DNA of 61,887 bases, filler included, from Stramenopiles sp. TOSAG23-3 (lineage: Eukaryota): NCBI GenBank assembly GCA_900128585.1. It is 17 parts of 17 records of this genome, joined end to end, with 100 filler letters (N's around TTAATTAATTAA, not from the genome) between each part and the next. Parts side by side here need not be neighbours in the genome. Positions count along the whole stretch, not along the records: positions 54,743 to 58,268 come from LT644178.1; positions 58,369 to 61,887 come from LT644179.1; 15 more parts are not named here. One strand, 5' to 3'. The notes beneath the pieces are model-generated. The model was not told where the DNA came from, ran no database searches, and saw nothing but the letters and a program-made list of their open reading frames with translations. This document shows positions 54,745-61,887 of the stretch, piece after piece; the stretch's first letter is position 1, and every line of letters starts with the position of its first letter. The position numbers and the translations under genes are program-made.

Positions 54745-56973
54745 CGAACTGGGTTCATTTCCAAGCGAGGTTTTTCTAAGGCAATGGTAAAATTTGGATT
54801 CGATTTTAGTAAGCATGAGGTGGAGCAATTGCTGCATAAATTTGACGTAGATGGCGATGGCCAGATTTCTTACAGAGAGTTTTTGGATTTTGTGAACGAG
54901 CGTGTGTCTGCATTCACAGACATCGAGGCGATGGCAGAAAACATCCGTGATAAGGTTAAGGAGTCAGCCAAGTCGTTGTGGGAAACGTTCGAACAGATGG
55001 ATTCAGATGGCAACGGTGTCGTAGACAAGAACGAGTTCCAAAAAGGTCTCCGAAAGCTTGGTCTCGACGTGTCGGTGTCGGATTTGCGCTCACTCATGAA
55101 GTATTTTGACCACCACGGCCACGGCAAGATATCGTGGGAAGATTTTGCAGAATTCATCAACGATGGAATTGATACCTCCGGAAAGTCTCCCACCCGCAGA
55201 CCTGGGCGGAAAGATAAGTTCGATGCCGTCATGGTACGGGTTGCCCGTGCCGTAAAGGGTCGTCTTCGCGAAGACCGAAAGTTCTCTCTGCGGAAGACGC
55301 TAGGCACATACGACCGAAGGTCTAAGGGATTCATGTACGTAAAACACTTTAAACAGTGTCTGGTGGATGATTTGGAGCTTGTTATCTCTTCGTCAGACAT
55401 GAAAGCCCTTGTAAGCCAGTACGTTGACGAAGACGACGACGATATCGTCAAGTACGAAAGGTTTGTCGATGATGCGATGGAGGGAAGTGCAAAAAGCTCT
55501 TCCGGATCGCGTCGAAAGTCGAGCAACAAATCCGTTCAACATATAGTGAAACGCATTCGCACTGTTGTGCGAAACGCGTGGAAAGAAGGGACGGACTATC
55601 ACGACTCTTTTGAACGCTTCGATTCCAAGGGCAAAGGGTGGATTTCCCATAAGGACTTCCTTAAAGGGTTAAAGGAGTTAAACATTACGCTCGACTCTTC
55701 CCAGGAAGAAGATTTGATGATGAAATTCGACCCTGAAGAATCTGGCGAGCTCGACTACCATGTGTTTTTGGAAATCATTGCGCCGTCTTACAACGGCAAG
55801 GGTGCCGGTACTGACGACGATTCGTTAGAAGTGCAGTCCGCCGCCAATAAACTTCGCACGCTGGTCAAAGCGAGAGCTAGGGATATGGAAAATGACTTCA
55901 AGGACCCGTTCAGGCATTTCGATAAAAAAGAAAACGGGTACTTCAACTCCAGAGAGTTCGAAAAGGGTTTGGGAAAACTGAAAATTAAGGTGCGAAATAC
56001 ACGAAACGTTGGCAAACTCTTCCGCATGCTGGACATGGACAACGATGGGAAGGTTCGGTTCAATGAGTTTTGCATGTTCGTGTGGGGCACAAAGCACACA
56101 GACGCATTTAGCCGTTTGCGGGCAAAAATTACCCAGCTGGCCCGAGGGTGGGGTGGCGGAAAGAATCTGAAGAAAGCCTTTTCCCGCTTTGACCGTGACA
56201 ATAACGGTTACGTTACGAGGCGCGAGTTTCGAGAAGCTTTGCAGTCGAATGGCTTTGACTTCAGCCGTGGCGACATCGATCAAATTGTTCACAGATTTGA
56301 TAGAGACGGCGAGGGGAGGGTTACTTTCGATGACTTTTTGAAGTTTGTAGACGACAGGATGCAGTCTTTCGAAAACGTCAGTGAGCTTCACTCGCAAATC
56401 CGAAAAAAAATCAAAGCGTCTGCGAAGAAATCAGGGAGCGCAAAGAATATCCTAGCCGTGTTTGAGCAAATGGATGCCGACTGCAACGGTCGTTTGGATA
56501 AGAAAGAGTTTGCCGAAGGATTGGAAGATCTTGGGTTCGGGCTGAAACGGAACGAAGTGAACGATCTGGTGAAATATTTTGATCACCACGGCGACGGCAA
56601 CGTTTGCTGGGAAGATTTTGCAGATTTTGTAGAGCACAAGTACGACTCCGACACCGATGATCGACGTCGTTCGAATCGCCGCAACGGCGATAACAGCGAT
56701 GACTCGGATCATGGTGGCGACCGAAGAAGGAGAAAGAGGTCGTCCAGGAGCAGGAGGAGAGACGATAATTCCGACGACGATTCCGAAGACGAACGAAGGC
56801 GCCGGCGCAAGTCGGAACGAAGGAGAAGCGACCGCTCCGACTCCGACGACGGCGGGAGCAGTAGGCGCCGCAGTCGTGGTTCCGATCGAAGAAAAACTTA
56901 TGACGATGATTCGGATGACGACCACAGAAGTAGCAGGAGACGCAGGAGTCGTAAAAGCCGGGACTATGATTGA
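54745..56973 (+). CDS. Multi-EF-hand protein with R/S/D-rich tail (5' partial)
   Basis: More than 10 EF loops (DVDGDGQIS, DSDGNGVVD, DMDNDGKVR, DRDNNGYVT, DRDGEGRVT and others). Frame is open to the contig start. Confidence 0.9.
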   Translation, partial: RTGFISKRGFSKAMVKFGFDFSKHEVEQLLHKFDVDGDGQISYREFLDFVNERVSAFTDIEAMAENIRDKVKESAKSLWETFEQMDSDGNGVVDKNEFQKGLRKLGLDVSVSDLRSLMKYFDHHGHGKISWEDFAEFINDGIDTSGKSPTRRPGRKDKFDAVMVRVARAVKGRLREDRKFSLRKTLGTYDRRSKGFMYVKHFKQCLVDDLELVISSSDMKALVSQYVDEDDDDIVKYERFVDDAMEGSAKSSSGSRRKSSNKSVQHIVKRIRTVVRNAWKEGTDYHDSFERFDSKGKGWISHKDFLKGLKELNITLDSSQEEDLMMKFDPEESGELDYHVFLEIIAPSYNGKGAGTDDDSLEVQSAANKLRTLVKARARDMENDFKDPFRHFDKKENGYFNSREFEKGLGKLKIKVRNTRNVGKLFRMLDMDNDGKVRFNEFCMFVWGTKHTDAFSRLRAKITQLARGWGGGKNLKKAFSRFDRDNNGYVTRREFREALQSNGFDFSRGDIDQIVHRFDRDGEGRVTFDDFLKFVDDRMQSFENVSELHSQIRKKIKASAKKSGSAKNILAVFEQMDADCNGRLDKKEFAEGLEDLGFGLKRNEVNDLVKYFDHHGDGNVCWEDFADFVEHKYDSDTDDRRRSNRRNGDNSDDSDHGGDRRRRKRSSRSRRRDDNSDDDSEDERRRRRKSERRRSDRSDSDDGGSSRRRSRGSDRRKTYDDDSDDDHRSSRRRRSRKSRDYD

Positions 56974-57967
56974 GGCGGAAGAACAGAAGAACATTTTTAT
57001 TCAATACACAAAAACCTCAAACAAGAAAATAAGTAATAACTTAATAAATCCATCATATGATATTAGACATATTTTATTCAATCATCATTATTAATACACT
57101 TTTTACCCTAATGAATAACACTATTAAATGTTTAAAGACGATAATGATAAAAAATTAAATTATGGTATTATTATTATAAAATATAATACTTACTATTAGG
57201 ATGAAGAATAGAAGCCCTGTTGTGACATGTACATGTTCGATGGTGCCGCCCTATTCAATAAAGCTAATCCTATATAATGAAAGAATTTCATAAGAATTTA
57301 CACTTCCCTATTATTCCTATGTATTTAAAAAAAAGCTCAAAAAAATGTGTATCTCTTTCATTCAAATTTTGATTTAACGGAAATACAATACGGTACTATA
57401 CCTATGTAATATTTTAAAACAGTACTATTTATATGCTATTGTAATAGTACATAGGCGTAGTGTTACTTAATATAACATAGTGAAACAATAGGATAAGAAA
57501 AGGATTGATCATCGAAATAGAAATAACTGCTATATAGCTTAGTTTGATGCTCTGATGCTCTCTTACTCATTAAAATATTATTGAATATAAGAAAAAAATT
57601 AAAAAATAATTATAAATTATTTGCATCTTTCTTTCTTCTATTTTTTTTAAATTAATTAATATGAACATACCATCTAGATAATTAATTAAAATAACCGTAA
57701 AAAAAAATAAAATACTAATAATAACACTTGAACACAATCATCTTCTGCGGCATTCATTTTTTGTTTGTTTACTGTTGAAAGAAAGAAAATGAAATCACAA
57801 AACCACGCAAAAGAAGGAACGTTTGATCAAAGGAATAGAATTGTTGATCAATCTCTTTTGTACCTTTTCAATTTGGAAGTTAGTTAGTTCTAATTTTAAC
57901 TGATTTTACAGTTCGTTTGTTCTGCTTAGAACAACAGACGGTTGCGTGTTTTGACATACGATAAACG

Positions 57968-58268
57968 ATGGCGTCTAAAGTAGATATTGACCCGGTGACT
58001 GGTGGGCTGAAAGGGGACACGAAAGAGACGGTTACCCTGTTTAAAGAAGTAGAGTTTTCGGAAGACGAAAGTGACGAAGACTTCGACTACAAAGAGTTGT
58101 CGGCCGGGGAAGAAGATGACTTTGACGGGGACCTTGGAGTTGGACCAGAAGGGGACGACGATATGCTTGCGGACGACGAAGATCTGGAGACTGCCTTGGC
58201 CAATATCAAAGCCGCGAGCTCGAACCTGAAAGGAGCGGTCAGCACGGTTTCCATGCAGACTGCCGCTG
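57968..58268 (+). CDS. Acidic N-terminus, possibly SPAG16/PF20 central-pair protein (3' partial)
   Basis: EVEFSEDESDEDFDYKEL..EDLETAL..I resembles the SPAG16 N-terminus. The WD40 region is not present in the contig. Confidence 0.45.
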
Positions 58269-58370
58269 NNNNNNNNNNNNNNNNNNNNNNNNNNNNNNNN
58301 NNNNNNNNNNNNTTAATTAATTAANNNNNNNNNNNNNNNNNNNNNNNNNNNNNNNNNNNNNNNNNNNNAG

Positions 58371-59918
58371 GTTGACCGCATAAGTCACCTTTACCTGAAC
58401 GACGCACCAGTTTGGTGCGCGGAAAGCCAAGCATACAAGTACCAATTCGGCAGAGGAAAACGCAAAATTGTCTTTCTGGAAGAACAAATATGTGGCGTTG
58501 AGGAAGCAGAAGGCCTCCAGAAGACAACGTCAAAGCGAAAGGCAACGTCAGCGAAGTTAAGAGAGGACAAGACCGCGTCAAAGCGAAAGAAAACGTCAGA
58601 GAAGTTACAAGAGAAGTATAAGAAGAAGAAAATTGTAAAAGAAGAAGCGGAAGCAAAAATATTGAAGCTGACAGAAGAGATCAGTAAGCTGAAGCAAGAG
58701 CACGCCGATGCCATGAAAAAGAAGAGTGAGCACACGGACGCCATAGAAAGTGCGAGCAAAACGGTGCAAGAAGAAGTAAAATTGATAACGGCGAAATGTA
58801 AGAGCCAAGAAAAACTTATTTCCTCGCTTTCAACAACACGGGAAGAAAAACTCTTCATAAAGCAACAGATGATGGGCGTGCAGAAGCAAGCCACCCAGTT
58901 AAAGAAGCAGCTGATGAAATACCAAGAAAGTGAAAGGAAGCTGAAAAATGAGGTGGCTACTCTCAAGGAGACCATTAAGAGGGCAAATGAGTTAACCAGG
59001 GAACAAAAGACAGAGATTAGGAACCTCAAAAAATTAGGGAGTTCTGTTCAGCTGGAATCTTTGAAGTTAAAAAAACAAATGGAAAAGGACAGAAGCCTTG
59101 AGCGCCGGAAAGAAATGGAAGCTGCGGCAAAGCTTGAATTGGCAAAGACGCGGGAGATGTACCAGTTAGAGAAGCAAACAAATGCGCATAATCAACGAAA
59201 TGTAAAAAAAAACAACACAAGACGCTTATTTCATGGGCTCTCTTCAATTGCGGCACCTACATTTCAGCGGTTTCAAAGCGCTGGTTTTCAGGGAGTTCCT
59301 AATATTCCACAGAGTGGAGTATGGAATCAACCACAGCAGTGGAATCCTTTCCAACACCAGGCGCCAGGACCTGTACGGTCATCGTTCCCCAGTGGATCCG
59401 ACTCACCGGCATCGTCTCAGCAAATTGTAATGCCTGGCGTGTATCACCAAGGGCAATCACAAATGTTACAAATGCAGGCGTCTCAAATGCAGCCTATGCG
59501 GCCGCAGCAAGCTTTTCCTCTTCAGCAATATCCTCAAAGACAACCGCAACAAATGCAGCCTATGCAGTCACAGCCTATGCCTGCATCATCACAGTTGCAG
59601 TTCCCTGCATCACAAACAGGTTTGCCTGCGTGGCAAGCAGGTCTGCCATCACAGCCTACGCCTGCATCATCACAGTTGCCATCACCGTTGCAGTTTCCTG
59701 CGTCGCAAACAGGTGTGCCTGCTCAAGCAGCATCACAAGCAGGTTTGTTGTCACAGTCGATGCCTGCATCATCACAGTTGCCATTACCGTTGCAGCTTCC
59801 TGCGTCGCAAACAGGTTTGCCTGCTCAAGTAGCGCCACAAGCAGGTTTGTCGTCACAGCCGATGCCTGCATCATCACAGTTGCCGGCTTCAATGCAGGCA
59901 TCAGAGGAGGTGCAGTAG
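58371..59918 (+). CDS. Hypothetical coiled-coil protein with Q/P-rich repeats (5' partial)
   Basis: Frame is open back to the contig start; K/E coiled coil; four PASSQL repeat units. Confidence 0.7.
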   Translation, partial: VDRISHLYLNDAPVWCAESQAYKYQFGRGKRKIVFLEEQICGVEEAEGLQKTTSKRKATSAKLREDKTASKRKKTSEKLQEKYKKKKIVKEEAEAKILKLTEEISKLKQEHADAMKKKSEHTDAIESASKTVQEEVKLITAKCKSQEKLISSLSTTREEKLFIKQQMMGVQKQATQLKKQLMKYQESERKLKNEVATLKETIKRANELTREQKTEIRNLKKLGSSVQLESLKLKKQMEKDRSLERRKEMEAAAKLELAKTREMYQLEKQTNAHNQRNVKKNNTRRLFHGLSSIAAPTFQRFQSAGFQGVPNIPQSGVWNQPQQWNPFQHQAPGPVRSSFPSGSDSPASSQQIVMPGVYHQGQSQMLQMQASQMQPMRPQQAFPLQQYPQRQPQQMQPMQSQPMPASSQLQFPASQTGLPAWQAGLPSQPTPASSQLPSPLQFPASQTGVPAQAASQAGLLSQSMPASSQLPLPLQLPASQTGLPAQVAPQAGLSSQPMPASSQLPASMQASEEVQ

Positions 59919-59954
59919 TGGGTCCAAGTTCTAACAGTTCGTTAAACATCACTT

Positions 59955-60400
59955 TTAACTTGTTTTCTTTCTTGCTCTGAAAATTATTATACTTATTGAA
60001 TATATCTCCCTGGTCTTGTTTTGCCATTCGTTGACAACTATCTCGGGCTTGACGTGCTTCACGGTAGAGATGTGAAGGGCGGGGGAGTTCACCGGCATGT
60101 GCACCAGGCGGTCCGCCCGGGCGGTCTCCTTCAAGAACCCGGTCGGGCCGGAAACAATGAAGAGCTTGCTCCCAAGCTCGTGCGTCTTGGAGAGTGGGCG
60201 GTCCAGGACGAGGCCCCGAAGCCCAACGACGACGCGGGCCTCGCTCCCTTCGCCCTCGCCGATTTGGACGGTCTGGCCGATCTGAAACCCGTCCGCCTTT
60301 GGGTCTTCCATTGGAACGCGCGTCTCTCCCGCTTTCAGGCCGTGCTGAAGGGCGGCCGAGGGGGTGGGAAGAGGCGCGGCGGTGCGGTGGCGGGAGGCGG
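59955..60400 (-). pseudogene. GC-rich gene fragment encoding a beta-rich module; 5' part lost next to the transposon
   Basis: LKAGETRVPM..GFQIGQTVQIGEG..E..LVLDRPL..H..G reads as a real domain. No credible start upstream of the 12-bp repeats. Confidence 0.4.
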
Positions 60401-60419
60401 GTTGGGGGAGGGGGGGCTT

Positions 60420-60631
60420 TCGCTTCCGCTCCCGGCCTCGCTCCCGGCCTTGCTCCCAGCCTTGCTCCCGGCCTCGCTTCCTGTCTCGCTTCCGGCCTCG
60501 CTTCCTGTCTCGCTTCCGGTCTCGCTTCCGGTCTCGCTTCCGGTCTCGCTTCCGGTCTCGCTTCTGGTCTCGCTTCCGGTCTCACTTCTGGTCTCACTTC
60601 TGGTCTCACTTCCGGTCTCGCCGCCGGTCTC
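60420..60631. repeat. 12-bp tandem repeat (CTCGCTTCCGGT-like), about 17 units
   Basis: Directly visible. Confidence 0.92.
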
Positions 60632-61887
60632 CAGTCAAACGCAAAAAAATATTACCAAAGTGGATTAGAAAAAACGTACTTTTCAACATGATCAAAAAAC
60701 GGTCTAGTATTTCTGACGCGACTGAGAATTGTGTGTAAATAAGTGCAGCGATCTATCTCAGTCTCAGGAATTATATCGCTGCGGGCGACATATTGCTTTA
60801 ACCAATTCCACAAAAGTTCAATTGGGTTAAGCTCAGGGGAATATCGTGGCAGTGGCCAAACAAAAATTCCAACTTCACTCAGAACTTCTGACAACAACAT
60901 CCCTGTATTATAACCCACAAAACCCGACCAATTATCAACAACAAGCACGTCGCCAACTTTTAGGAAGCCACAATTAATTGCCTCTACTACGCAGGACTCC
61001 CAAAGCTCATAGGTTCCATGGCTGTTAGCCATTTGAAAAAAAAAAGGCGACCGTCCACTCCCATATGGTAGCAATCCAGTGATTGAAATGCGGGTGCCTT
61101 TGTTTGGTTGTTTAGCGGCAAATATTCGCTGATTTGATGGCCCATACCCATATTTAGGGAGAAAATCATATCCGTCAAAACCAGTCTGGTCCACAAAAAC
61201 TAAGCAGTTTCTGTTGATGCGTTTGAAGGTTTGCACCCATTCAAAATAATATTGCATATTCTCAACTGTCATCTTAGATTTCTTTTCATAACACACCTTT
61301 TTACGGGAAAGGTCCATCTTACGCATTGTTTGAATAATATAATCTTCATGAAAGTCCATACCAGTAATCGCAGCTAATTTGATTTTTAAAAAGTATTTGC
61401 TTGCAAACTTATTTTCCAACACGAGGTTGTATAGAAGATCTTTCACGTCTTCTGTCATACGCTGTCTTGTCCCGTACGAGCGACCGTAGGCCTCAACTTT
61501 CCCTGCCTTTGCCTCGCGCCACCATCTGCGTGCTGTTGGTACAGGGCACATTAGTAACTCTCCTAAATCACAATCAGTTAAAATATATTTCCAATCGTCC
61601 GCAGAGCACTTGTACCCTAGCTCTTTATTTTCCATAAATCTTGACATCCTGTTTATAACTTTTGCTCGTGTACCTGGACTGTACCATCCCCCCGGTTTTT
61701 GGTCAACGTGGTTTGGAGTCACGTTCATTTTGTGAGCATTTGGACCGTTTAACTTAAACTTTTATAGATTGTAATTCCCAGGCTCACTATATTATGAATA
61801 AAGTAAATTTCTAAGGCGAAAACAGAAACTGTGGACTAATCAAACCAAATTATAAAGTTCAATTGTATCGTACAATTTTTGTCGCCA
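60632..61887 (-). mobile_element. IS630/Tc1/mariner-superfamily DNA transposon (one end visible)
   Basis: Transposase ORF, plus an abrupt GC shift at CAGTCAAACGCAAAAAAATAT, a Tc1-like TIR start. The other TIR is not in the window. Confidence 0.7.
60652..61728 (-). CDS. IS630/Tc1-like DDE transposase (DD38E)
   Basis: LSRKK, VFVDQTG, VLVVDN, LPRYSPELNPIELLW..LK. There are 38 residues between the second D and the E. Confidence 0.92.
   Translation of the reverse strand: MNVTPNHVDQKPGGWYSPGTRAKVINRMSRFMENKELGYKCSADDWKYILTDCDLGELLMCPVPTARRWWREAKAGKVEAYGRSYGTRQRMTEDVKDLLYNLVLENKFASKYFLKIKLAAITGMDFHEDYIIQTMRKMDLSRKKVCYEKKSKMTVENMQYYFEWVQTFKRINRNCLVFVDQTGFDGYDFLPKYGYGPSNQRIFAAKQPNKGTRISITGLLPYGSGRSPFFFQMANSHGTYELWESCVVEAINCGFLKVGDVLVVDNWSGFVGYNTGMLLSEVLSEVGIFVWPLPRYSPELNPIELLWNWLKQYVARSDIIPETEIDRCTYLHTILSRVRNTRPFFDHVEKYVFSNPLW

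Noticed and set aside
57019..57030. AAACAAGAAAAT match to the dispersed repeat end
   Set aside because: Only 12 bp of A-rich sequence, within chance.
3576..58368. Regular ~3.65-kb periodic TTAATTAATTAA motif
   Set aside because: Artificial linker between size-sorted contigs. It is not biological, and no gene cluster can be inferred across it.
1..61887. rRNA, tRNA, prokaryotic operons, defence islands, alternative genetic code
   Set aside because: None recognisable. Conserved genes translate cleanly with the standard code and use all three stop codons.

Overview
Eukaryotic (protist) DNA, not one locus. It is 17 unlinked contigs of about 3.52-3.58 kb, sorted by decreasing length and joined by artificial 100-bp N44-TTAATTAATTAA-N44 linkers, so synteny across linkers means nothing. 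Genes are almost all intronless and GC-rich, separated by very AT-rich, microsatellite-rich spacers. Flagellar genes (IFT74, ODF3/SHIPPO-like, probably SPAG16) indicate a flagellate; a marine stramenopile-type single-cell or metagenome assembly is my inference. Housekeeping genes include AATF/Bfr2, a mitochondrial-carrier-family protein, DUF726, a RAD5/HLTF-like helicase, CTF18, BCAT, TFIIE-alpha, MRNIP, RidA, VPS41, CNOT10 and FARSA. The most notable items are: (1) an AT-rich contig with a split PrimPol/D5-type primase lacking its helicase, probably an endogenous viral remnant; (2) a HAD phosphatase fused to a bacterial-type MazG; (3) a dispersed repeat family with one fixed end, an inverted pair and a 15-bp TSD; (4) perfect 79-bp inverted repeats bounding contig 1; (5) a DD38E IS630/Tc1 transposase; (6) a ~108-aa insertion in VPS41; (7) an intron presence/absence difference between tandem paralogs; (8) a 47-bp-stem hairpin. 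All family assignments come from motif recognition only; no searches were run.
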